A program made the position numbers and the translations under genes. The notes under the pieces were generated by a model. The model worked only from the letters and a program-made list of their open reading frames with translations, was not told the DNA's origin and searched no databases. Positions 1-7,474 of a stretch of 64,000 nucleotides of DNA are shown here, piece by piece (within the stretch, counting starts at the first letter, position 1; every line of letters starts with the position of its first letter). Location of the stretch: the IMG/VR virus record IMGVR_UViG_3300008255_000007, positions 1-64,000 of that record; one strand, given 5' to 3'. The DNA is from a virus. Taxonomy: Duplodnaviria > Caudoviricetes.

Positions 1-315
1 AGCCCCAGACAAGTTAGCCTCAGACAAGTTAGCCTCAGACAAGTTAGCCCCATACAAGTTAGCCTCAGACAAGTTAGCCTCAGACAAGTTAGCCCCAGTC
101 AAGTTAGCCCCAGACAAGTTAGCCCCATACAAGTTAGCCTCAGACAAGTTAGCCCCAGTCAAGTTAGCCCCAGTCAAGTTAGCCCTAAACAAGTCAGCCC
201 CAGTCAAGTTAGCCCTAAACAAGTCAGCCTCAGTCAAGTTAGCCCTAAACAAGTCAGCCTCAGTCAAGTTAGCCCTAAACAAGTTAGCCCTAGACAAGTC
301 AGCCCTAGACAAGTT
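1..315. repeat. 15-bp tandem repeat, 21 copies (AGCCYYAGACAAGTT-like), coding for the pentapeptide repeats
   Basis: Direct inspection; period 15 with no spacers. Confidence 0.95.
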
Positions 316-405
316 AGCCCTAGTGCCTTTGACTCTACCTGAGTCTAACCAAGCCTTGTGCTGGGTTAGTATTAGTGTTAGTTCTTCTTCTGCTTTAGTT
401 TTCAT
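1..405 (-). CDS. Pentapeptide-repeat protein (3' end runs off the window; not in ORF track)
   Basis: ATG at 405 reads [50 protein letters not shown]..., then tandem A[ND]Lxx units with no stop to base 1. Confidence 0.9.
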   Translation of the reverse strand, partial: MKTKAEEELTLILTQHKAWLDSGRVKGTRANLSRADLSRANLFRANLTEADLFRANLTEADLFRANLTGADLFRANLTGANLTGANLSEANLYGANLSGANLTGANLSEANLSEANLYGANLSEANLSEANLSGA

Positions 406-409
406 AATA

Positions 410-562
410 TTATCTCACTGTACTAAGGTTTAAGTAACTAGTCAAGCCCTCTTCTGAAATCCAGACTTTACGTCCATTTCCCATATCTACCAAATAAGAA
501 GTCTTTCCAAATCCGGTTTCTACTTTATCAATAACTTTACCTAAAAATTCTTTATTTTCCAT
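410..562 (-). CDS. Small hypothetical protein (50 aa, [10 protein letters not shown]...), not in ORF track
   Basis: Hand translation; fills the gap between 564..848 and the pentapeptide gene. Confidence 0.7.
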   Translation of the reverse strand: MENKEFLGKVIDKVETGFGKTSYLVDMGNGRKVWISEEGLTSYLNLSTVR

Positions 563-563
563 A

Positions 564-848
564 TCATTCTCCTATCAATTCTATTAAATTATCTAAATTG
601 CCTACTTTATATTCACATTCTACTTCATGGTCGCCGCCGTCTTGGTCTGCAGCAAAGCCGCTACCACAAAGCCACCACTCTCCGTCTATTAGCACTGCAT
701 CGCCTTCAAAGCTTTCTATAGGCCCATAAAGGTTATGATTACGGTCGTTAGCTTCTACAGGTACCTCGGCTACGCTAACGTCCTTAATAGTAGGCATGCC
801 GTTTTCTAGTATAGCCTCTAATCCTATTAGTCTATCATCTAGTTTCAT
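564..848 (-). CDS. Hypothetical acidic phage protein
   Basis: ORF track; tightly packed with neighbours. Confidence 0.7.
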   Translation of the reverse strand: MKLDDRLIGLEAILENGMPTIKDVSVAEVPVEANDRNHNLYGPIESFEGDAVLIDGEWWLCGSGFAADQDGGDHEVECEYKVGNLDNLIELIGE

Positions 849-849
849 T

Positions 850-921
850 TTATACTCCCATCATTGTAAAGATTATATAAAAAGTTAATAACATTATTAA
901 GAAGCCTAATCCGTTTAGCAT
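850..921 (-). CDS. Putative 23-aa single-TM peptide (MLNGLGFLIMLLTFYIIFTMMGV)
   Basis: Hand translation; start overlaps upstream stop and its stop abuts the next ATG. Confidence 0.45.
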   Translation of the reverse strand: MLNGLGFLIMLLTFYIIFTMMGV

Positions 922-1061
922 AAATCATCCTCATATTCCTCTAAAAAGTCCTCATAGTAGCCGTCTAGTTCTTCGTCGTTAAGCGTAGGAAACTTATCCT
1001 CTAGTTCTTTATAGATAGCGTCCATATCTACTAGGTCGTTAAACTCAGTTACATTTTTCAT
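915..1061 (-). CDS. Small very acidic protein (48 aa, MKNVTEFNDL...EEYEDDLC)
   Basis: Hand translation; D/E-rich, packed between neighbours. Confidence 0.7.
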   Translation of the reverse strand: MKNVTEFNDLVDMDAIYKELEDKFPTLNDEELDGYYEDFLEEYEDDLC

Positions 1062-1062
1062 T

Positions 1063-1710
1063 TTATCTACAACCTTTCACTTGTTTTTCAATTACAATCC
1101 AGCCTGAATCTCCCATCATATTAACAGGTCGATCAAGAATAAAACCTATCATCGTACTTAAACAAGAGCTTCTATCAAGGAGTAAATTTACGTATTTTAA
1201 AGCGGCTTTTTCTGTTTTAAATCTTAGGTAGCTAAACTCAGTGCCCTTTCCTTGTTGCGCTGCTACTGTTCCATATTAAGGATTTTCAGTAATAACTAAA
1301 GCTTCTTTAGCATTAAATTGTTCTGCAATTTCGTCAAAACCTCCATTAATGGCATTAGCTAATACATGGTCTACTGGAATATTTCCCATATGGCTATTAC
1401 AATCGTATATTAGGTCTTTGATAGTAGGCTTTTCGTTATCGTCTAATTCATTAAAGCTTTTATGTGGTTTAGCGGCCATAATGCCAAAGCTTACTACAAA
1501 AGGAGCACTCTTATATTCTCTCTCACCAGTAGCCTGATACATATCTAAAATCTCAATATACAGTCCAAAGTTACGTCTTTTTTCATCGTCTAGTACAAAC
1601 ATCCAATCAGGATTAGATGCAAAGTAATGTCCCTCTGTAATCTCGTCTAGTACTGTTAGATCTAGACTATATGTTTTAAATTCAATGTTATTTAATTTAG
1701 CTTCTTTCAT
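1063..1710 (-). pseudogene. Hypothetical protein interrupted by an in-frame TAA at 1276-1278 (144 aa, stop, then 70 more open codons)
   Basis: Frame of ORF 1276..1710 stays open after its stop down to TAA at 1063-1065, two bases before the next ATG. Confidence 0.55.
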
Positions 1711-1725
1711 TTTATATCCTTTCTT

Positions 1726-1914
1726 TTAAGCGGCGGCGTCTTCACTATCAGCTCTTAGAGCTTTACAGTCATATACCAAACATCCTAGTATAGTATCAAA
1801 TCTTTTTAGCAGGTCTTGGTCTGCTTTTTCTAAGCCTACATCTTGAATAAGCTCAAATAACCTACTTAATGTTTTAGCACTCATTATTACGTTTTCTTCT
1901 GCTTTAGTTTTCAT
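1726..1914 (-). CDS. Hypothetical protein (starts MKTKAEE like the pentapeptide gene)
   Basis: ORF track; AAAGGA RBS upstream. Confidence 0.7.
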   Translation of the reverse strand: MKTKAEENVIMSAKTLSRLFELIQDVGLEKADQDLLKRFDTILGCLVYDCKALRADSEDAAA

Positions 1915-1961
1915 AATATTATTATCCTTTATACTTTTCTATTAAACAAGTGACGTTTAGG

Positions 1962-2348
1962 TTAACTTTTATACCTTTCTATAGCTCCACAAAGGCATCC
2001 TCTAGCCATTATAGTATTCATAGGGCAGTTACAGCTTTTAGGCTGTACAGGTTCAGCTACTGAGCATATCGGTGGGCTTTTAAAAGGTTCATTAGGTGTA
2101 TAGTCAAAAAGTCCTGTAGATGCCTTAGTAATATGTACTGAGTCAGTATACTGAATATAGTTACCTTTATGCATGTAGGCCTCAAAGTCGTTACGCTCTT
2201 TAATATCTTTAATAAACCGCTGGTTTAAAGCTTTAACACTATAAGCAACGTAATGTATATCCGCTCTTTCTACTGTTATAACCGAATCATAGTTTTTAGT
2301 TCCGTTTCTATTCATTTTTATAAACTTATCACCTTTTTTAATATCCAT
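1962..2348 (-). CDS. Hypothetical protein with C-terminal CxC...CxC motif
   Basis: ORF track. Confidence 0.65.
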   Translation of the reverse strand: MDIKKGDKFIKMNRNGTKNYDSVITVERADIHYVAYSVKALNQRFIKDIKERNDFEAYMHKGNYIQYTDSVHITKASTGLFDYTPNEPFKSPPICSVAEPVQPKSCNCPMNTIMARGCLCGAIERYKS

Positions 2349-2350
2349 GA

Positions 2351-2659
2351 TTATTCCTGGTTAGCCTTTCTTAAAGCATTTTTAGCTAAACATAAATGTT
2401 CAAAGCTTAAATCAGTGCATTCATCTACTATAATTTCTAGAGCTTCCAGTAAATCAGGAGCGGCTACTATTAAATCAGCTAAATGATTAGAAAAATCATA
2501 AGTTAAAGCGTTTTTATTATGTTTTATTTGAATATGCAGTCCTCTATCATCATAAATATGAGTACTGTTAGGAGTATCTAATCTTCTAACGTCAAGTCCT
2601 ATAGAATTATCATCTATATCTACCGTATCTGTATTTTTATTTATATTCCAGTATTTCAT
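2351..2659 (-). CDS. Hypothetical phage protein (C-terminal LIVAAPDLLEALE helix common in phage early proteins)
   Basis: ORF track; AAAGGA RBS. Confidence 0.75.
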   Translation of the reverse strand: MKYWNINKNTDTVDIDDNSIGLDVRRLDTPNSTHIYDDRGLHIQIKHNKNALTYDFSNHLADLIVAAPDLLEALEIIVDECTDLSFEHLCLAKNALRKANQE

Positions 2660-2675
2660 CTTATATCCTTTCTTT

Positions 2676-3539
2676 TTATGTATAAAAATTAATACCAGTA
2701 ACCATAGTAAGCCTTTTAGCTTGTTCTTTATTAGGCTTTATTTCTAAAGTCTTAAATGGTACATTGAGTTTATTTAATTTAAGTTCTAGTCCTGAAAGTT
2801 TAGACTCTTTAAAATTGATACTTTTAAAATCTACTAATCTAACTCTAACATCAACGCCTTGACTTTTAAGCTTCTCTATAGCATGCATTCTACGTCCTAT
2901 ACTAGGCACTCCTGGTTCTAGAGCCCTAGCCATTTTCTCACTACCTCTAATAGGCATAGTAATTATAACAATGTGCCCTTTTAATAGTTCTATATAGTCA
3001 TCCGTAGCTACTAGGTCGCTTTTAGTATAGATTTTTAGTTTAACATTATAAGAGTTAGCTAGTTTTAACGTAGCCTTAGCTACTCCATACTTGCGATCCA
3101 TCCACATAAAAGCATCGCTATTATGCCCTAATCTAAGCGTCTTTCCTTTAGATTTACTAAGTTTAGCATGTATACTAGTTATATTTACAGGAAAAGGCAT
3201 AGGCCTATTCCAATTATTTAAGTTATTAAGCATAGAACTACAAGCGCTACAATTAGCTATGCAGCCTCTTGAATAAGCCTCTAAGGTGTTTTGTTTTGTA
3301 TTAAAATATCCTACTACTCCACTTATAGGCTGCATATCTCCAAACCTAGCGGCTATTTTATCGTAAATGCTTAAATCAAAGTTAATCTTTTCAATTGAAC
3401 TAATAGTTTCTTTAGAACTACTTAGCCTTAGTTTTTTTTCAATAGGCCCCATTAAATCAAATTCAGGTTTTAATTGACTATTAGGCCTGATTTGAGTTTT
3501 AACAGGCTTTTTAGTAAAGATATCTATAACATTACTCAT
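2676..3539 (-). CDS. Radical SAM protein, spore photoproduct lyase-like (SplB/Rv2578c-type)
   Basis: CxxxCxxC (CIANCSAC), IYTKS and LEPGVPSIGRRMHAIEKL segments typical of SPL-like radical SAM enzymes. Confidence 0.75.
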   Translation of the reverse strand: MSNVIDIFTKKPVKTQIRPNSQLKPEFDLMGPIEKKLRLSSSKETISSIEKINFDLSIYDKIAARFGDMQPISGVVGYFNTKQNTLEAYSRGCIANCSACSSMLNNLNNWNRPMPFPVNITSIHAKLSKSKGKTLRLGHNSDAFMWMDRKYGVAKATLKLANSYNVKLKIYTKSDLVATDDYIELLKGHIVIITMPIRGSEKMARALEPGVPSIGRRMHAIEKLKSQGVDVRVRLVDFKSINFKESKLSGLELKLNKLNVPFKTLEIKPNKEQAKRLTMVTGINFYT

Positions 3540-3554
3540 AATATTGTCCCCTTT

Positions 3555-4133
3555 TTATAAAGTATTAGATACTTGTACAATTGCAGGTTCTTGTACTGTT
3601 AAGTTTAGGCCTTTGACTCCGCTACCTTGGTAGTAATGCACTCTAAGCTCATGTACACCTTGAGTCAAGTTTACAGTTTTAGTCTTAAGTTGCATGGCAT
3701 GGGCGCCACCGTTATTAATAATTCTAGTCCCATTTAGATATAATTCGCTACCATCGTCCGATTCGAGACTAAATACATGGTTTCCATTAGTCTTTACTTC
3801 AAAGCTAAGGCTACACCTTAAGGCGAAGTTACTAACTACGTCAAAAGCATCTGTATTTAGAAAGGCTTGAAAAGGCATAGAGCTATTAGACTCAACACCT
3901 AGACTCATGGAGTCTAGTTCTATCTCTAAGTTACCCTTTACTTGATGCGCGGTAGGTAGGGTAGTCTTATTCCAGGTAGTAAAGACTTGACATATTACTG
4001 GAGAAGTTTCTACTGGTACTTCTTTAATAACCTCTACGAATTCTGTATGGTATTCAGTATTAGTTACATGTTTAGTACGTTTTCCACAAGCTACTACGAT
4101 TAGCAAGGTTATTAATATAATTAAGTTTTTCAT
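3555..4133 (-). CDS. Lipoprotein with PA14 domain
   Basis: Hydrophobic signal ending VVAC (lipobox-like); SDDGSELYLNG...GVHELRVHYYQG PA14 signature. Confidence 0.8.
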   Translation of the reverse strand: MKNLIILITLLIVVACGKRTKHVTNTEYHTEFVEVIKEVPVETSPVICQVFTTWNKTTLPTAHQVKGNLEIELDSMSLGVESNSSMPFQAFLNTDAFDVVSNFALRCSLSFEVKTNGNHVFSLESDDGSELYLNGTRIINNGGAHAMQLKTKTVNLTQGVHELRVHYYQGSGVKGLNLTVQEPAIVQVSNTL

Positions 4134-4161
4134 GTTATTATCCCTCTTTCTGTTTAAGTTA

Positions 4162-4509
4162 TTAGTCTAGTATAGGTGATATATCGCCGCGTTCGTTGCA
4201 AAATATAATCCAATTAAAAACGCCTTGTTTCTCTTGATTATCCTTAATAGCTTTTAAAGCATCGTCGTATTCTGTAAAGTTACCTAGGGATTGACCACTA
4301 GACTCCGCGTAGTATCCCCCTCTAGTCCAATCCTGAATAACGTCGTATTCGCCTATACAGTAAAGAATAGCATCGTTATTAAAATCGCATTCAACAAAAT
4401 CATGTTCTCTAAGGATATCAGCTAAGGCTTCTTTAAGATCTTCAAAGGCCTGATCTATTCGTTCTAATTCTAGCTTTCTAGTATCTTTTAGTCTTTCAAG
4501 TGTTCTCAT
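4162..4509 (-). CDS. Hypothetical phage protein
   Basis: ORF track; GGAG RBS. Confidence 0.75.
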   Translation of the reverse strand: MRTLERLKDTRKLELERIDQAFEDLKEALADILREHDFVECDFNNDAILYCIGEYDVIQDWTRGGYYAESSGQSLGNFTEYDDALKAIKDNQEKQGVFNWIIFCNERGDISPILD

Positions 4510-4610
4510 TATAAATCTCCAGTCTTAACGTTAATATATCTAGATTCCCATTTAGGGCAGTCTGTATTGCCTATAAACTCCATGCCTAAGGCCTTAGCTC
4601 TAGTTAAGTT

Positions 4611-4781
4611 TTAATTAATTTCCTCTACCCAAAATTCACTCATCATATCATCGAAGTCTTCTTCGGGTAGATGGTCAAATTCTTCGTATAGAGCGCCCCA
4701 TGCGTCTTCAAAGTCTTCGAATTCACCATAATACGGAGTCTTGTCGTTACCAGCCCAATCTTTAATTATGTACTTAGTCAT
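4611..4781 (-). CDS. Small acidic hypothetical protein (likely start MTKYIIKDW at 4781)
   Basis: AAAGGGG RBS before ATG 4781; first gene downstream of a sigma54-type promoter. Confidence 0.7.
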   Translation of the reverse strand: MTKYIIKDWAGNDKTPYYGEFEDFEDAWGALYEEFDHLPEEDFDDMMSEFWVEEIN

Positions 4782-4826
4782 AGTATATATCCCCTTTGGT
4801 TTAATGTTACGGTCTACCAATATAGC

Positions 4827-4842
4827 TGCAACAGGTGTGCCA
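4827..4842 (-). promoter_or_regulatory. Sigma54 (RpoN) -24/-12 promoter, leftward
   Basis: Minus strand TGGCACACCTGTTGCA; GG and GC separated by exactly 10 nt. Confidence 0.7.
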
Positions 4843-5244
4843 AAAGGTAGTGTTCGGCCTAAGTGACTAGTTACCTTAGAGAAGCGGGGTATTTATAAAG
4901 ATAGTGTTAATAGGTATAGGTGTAGAACTAATAAACGATAGTATAAAAGAATACTAATAAAAGGTATAAAGTATAATAAATATATAATACTTAGAAGTGA
5001 TGTAGAACTATTAGACAGTATATTGACAGTGTATAAAAGCTATACGATAGTACCCAATAAGGTATAGCATAGAGGATATAGGTTATAATAGGTCTAGATA
5101 GGGTATAGTATACGGTTTAGTATTGAGTATAAACTATAAACTAAGGCTATAGGCTGATATATAAGACGCTTGAGGCAGGTTATAGCCTGATATAAGTTAT
5201 ATCAAGGGTTTAGGTACAGGATAAGCCTGCAGGAATTAGATAGG

Positions 5245-5284
5245 AATAGGTGAGAATAGGGGATAATAGGTGAGAATAGGGGAT
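5245..5284. repeat. Perfect 20-bp tandem duplication AATAGGTGAGAATAGGGGAT x2
   Basis: Direct inspection. Confidence 0.9.
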
Positions 5285-5353
5285 AATTGAACATGTTCTA
5301 CCAATCCACTCCCAATCCACAAAATAAAACACATACCCCATACAGGAGGTTAT

Positions 5354-5400
5354 CTTAACACGATCTTAACTTGACTAGTTACCTAAATACCTGTTATTCT
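5354..5400 (+). promoter_or_regulatory. Sigma70-type promoter immediately preceded by a CTTAAC-N5-CTTAAC box
   Basis: TTGACT at 5371-5376, TATTCT at 5395-5400, box at 5354-5370. Confidence 0.45.
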
Positions 5401-5564
5401 ACATCAAATGGTCTTTTTTTATATATAAAGTGATTCTCATTCTATACATTGTCTATTATAAGCTATGCTTGGAGGGATTGTTAAGGTTCGGTTAAGGCAG
5501 ATTTAGGTCGCTACTACCATTATACCATAGAAGCCTTAAAAAACCTAATTAAGATTTGGTTAAG

Positions 5565-5585
5565 AAAATGCCTCATCCTTGAGGC
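5565..5585 (-). terminator. Intrinsic terminator for the leftward 6308-5595 genes
   Basis: Minus strand GCCTCA-agga-TGAGGC followed by ATTTT. Confidence 0.55.
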
Positions 5586-5594
5586 TAGGGGGGA

Positions 5595-5726
5595 TTATTT
5601 AATAAGCTCTAAGGCCTTAGCATTATGCCTATGCAGCTTATAGTGTAGATCGTTATATACTCCATAACCGATCATAATAGTACCTAGGACAATTAATAGG
5701 ATACCTGTTAACTTAATAGTGCTCAT
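5595..5726 (-). CDS. Small single-TM protein (43 aa, MSTIKLTGILLIVLGTIMIGYG...), not in ORF track
   Basis: Hand translation; GAGG RBS. Confidence 0.7.
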   Translation of the reverse strand: MSTIKLTGILLIVLGTIMIGYGVYNDLHYKLHRHNAKALELIK

Positions 5727-5736
5727 GTTATACCTC

Positions 5737-5991
5737 TTAAAACTCAAAGCCTAGTGCTTTTGCTAGACTAGGGTTGGCTTGTAAAAAATAGGCCATATCT
5801 AATATTTCCTGGTCTTCAGGTCTATACTCAGTATCTACTATACTATTAATGATATCATCTGTATTCCGCAGATCCTCAACCGTTAAGGCATTGAAATTAT
5901 CCTCTATCCAGCCTCTTAGTATAACCGATACGGCGGCTATATTGCCATAATGTATTGCTCTAGGTCCTTTGTTATGTATGTACTCTTTCAT
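5737..5991 (-). CDS. Hypothetical protein (likely start MKEYIH at 5991)
   Basis: GAGGGG RBS before ATG 5991. Confidence 0.7.
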   Translation of the reverse strand: MKEYIHNKGPRAIHYGNIAAVSVILRGWIEDNFNALTVEDLRNTDDIINSIVDTEYRPEDQEILDMAYFLQANPSLAKALGFEF

Positions 5992-6056
5992 CTTATATAC
6001 CCCTCTATGTTTATATAGTACTCCGATATGCAGTACCAAATCAAATCAAGTTACTG

Positions 6057-6308
6057 TTAGGCTACTAGCTTTAAACTTCTATACATGTGGAATGCCTTGA
6101 CTCTATTAGGTGCGCTCATAAGCGTTACCAGGCTACCATCGGGTCTAATAGCCTCAATGATATACCTAGAGTCACCACTATACCTATTAGGTGATCTATG
6201 CAGATTTACCATAATGCCATTGTTTAGTATCTTAGTTATCGTTCTTTTTGTACGTATCATACTATATAGGCTGCAACTCCCATGCCACTGGTAACTATAT
6301 GTAATCAT
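6057..6308 (-). CDS. Hypothetical basic protein
   Basis: ORF track. Confidence 0.6.
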   Translation of the reverse strand: MITYSYQWHGSCSLYSMIRTKRTITKILNNGIMVNLHRSPNRYSGDSRYIIEAIRPDGSLVTLMSAPNRVKAFHMYRSLKLVA

Positions 6309-6522
6309 TGGTATGTTAAGATTATGTTATGTAGAACTACTAGACGATTGTGCATAAGTCTATGATATTATTACTGTAGAACTTATATACACTGTATAAA
6401 AGATATATACTAGGGGGTTGCTCTATTATATAAAAGTCAATACCCCCTTTATTAAATTTGTGTTAAGGTTATAATTGTGGTATAGTTATTGCAGGATGTT
6501 TAGGATTGTTAAGATATTGTTA

Positions 6523-6538
6523 TGGCATAGAAATTGCT
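6523..6538 (+). promoter_or_regulatory. Sigma54 -24/-12 promoter, rightward
   Basis: TGGCATAGAAATTGCT with correct GG-N10-GC spacing. Confidence 0.6.
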
Positions 6539-6541
6539 ATA

Positions 6542-6557
6542 TGCAAAAGTCATGCCA
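6542..6557 (-). promoter_or_regulatory. Sigma54 -24/-12 promoter, leftward
   Basis: Minus strand TGGCATGACTTTTGCA with correct GG-N10-GC spacing. Confidence 0.65.
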
Positions 6558-6789
6558 ACTTATGTTAAGAATGTGTTAAGGGGAGGGGGTATCCGCCACT
6601 TGAGTGTCTGTGACAAGGCCTTTAGTGTCTCTAACACTCCCATGAGTTTCTATAGACTAGTTACCAGCAGTTAACTCTTTAATTTTACAGGAATCCCATA
6701 AATCTCAAGTCCATGATCTATATCAATTTTAGGATAATTATCAAGAAATAACCTTAATTTAATTTTAAAGTCTGTGTAGACTAGTTACT

Positions 6790-6984
6790 TTATAAAGAGG
6801 GGCTATCATCGTCTATGAGATACTCGATGTAGGTTACGTCTTTATTTAATATGTCTAATAGCTCCCAGGTATCCATATTAGCTACTGCGTGGTTTATGAG
6901 GATCTCTTGTTGATACTTTAATACTTGGGTTACTTTATCCCTGGCTTCTTTTGGGTTTATAGTTAAGGTAGTGATTATACTCAT
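6790..6984 (-). CDS. Hypothetical protein
   Basis: ORF track; ATGA overlap with upstream gene. Confidence 0.7.
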   Translation of the reverse strand: MSIITTLTINPKEARDKVTQVLKYQQEILINHAVANMDTWELLDILNKDVTYIEYLIDDDSPSL

Positions 6985-7244
6985 TTTAAAACTCCGTCTC
7001 TAGGCTTAATCTTATAATATAATACTATGGCTACAAATACTAAGTTAGCTAAGTAATTAACTATTAAAGGGATATGTCCTTTAGGTACTACGTAGATGAT
7101 TGAACAGATCTCTCCTATAAGCCATAGGATCAAAAGACTCCAAGTCACGCCTACTGAATGTCCCTGCTTGTAGGATAGCCACGCCTGTGGAGCGCCGCAT
7201 AGAGCAAAACAGATAGAACCTATCCAGCCTATAGTTTCTATCAT
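6981..7244 (-). CDS. PQ-loop / SemiSWEET-like 3-TM transporter (likely start MIETIGW at 7244)
   Basis: Three hydrophobic helices with APQ after TM1; ATGA overlap with upstream stop. Confidence 0.8.
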   Translation of the reverse strand: MIETIGWIGSICFALCGAPQAWLSYKQGHSVGVTWSLLILWLIGEICSIIYVVPKGHIPLIVNYLANLVFVAIVLYYKIKPRDGVLK

Positions 7245-7474
7245 GGTGTTTGATTCCTCTGATAAGGTAGCCAATTCTTTAGGTCTTCGGTTTTGATGTT
7301 GTTCATATGCTGTCCTAGGTACAGGGGCTTACATCGGGGGATTAGGCTAGACCAGTGTATGTTGTACATGAGGTAGCCTACGGCTAAAGAACCATTATAA
7401 TTATCTTTTACGGTATGCACAAAGATCATTAAGTCTCTACCATCCTTATGCTTGTAGTAGCCGCCTTGTTTCAT
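7241..7474 (-). CDS. Hypothetical protein
   Basis: ORF track; overlapping start/stop chain. Confidence 0.7.
   Translation of the reverse strand: MKQGGYYKHKDGRDLMIFVHTVKDNYNGSLAVGYLMYNIHWSSLIPRCKPLYLGQHMNNIKTEDLKNWLPYQRNQTP

Noticed and set aside
1-315. Repeat array as CRISPR
   Set aside because: Period 15 with no unique spacers; reads as an in-frame pentapeptide protein
434-445. TTGACT-N17-TACAGT promoter and operator before the pentapeptide gene
   Set aside because: Lies inside the 410..562 ORF, so it may be coincidental; counted only as weak support
4510-4610. Short minus-strand ORF MEFIGNTDCPKWESRYINVKTGDL
   Set aside because: 24 codons and no clear RBS-start pairing; cannot be supported
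6420-6450. TTGACT at 6435-6440 (minus) as a -35
   Set aside because: No -10 at 16-18 nt spacing
6578-6600. G-rich GGGGAGGGGGTATCC as a packaging or terminus site
   Set aside because: Resemblance only; needs read-end data
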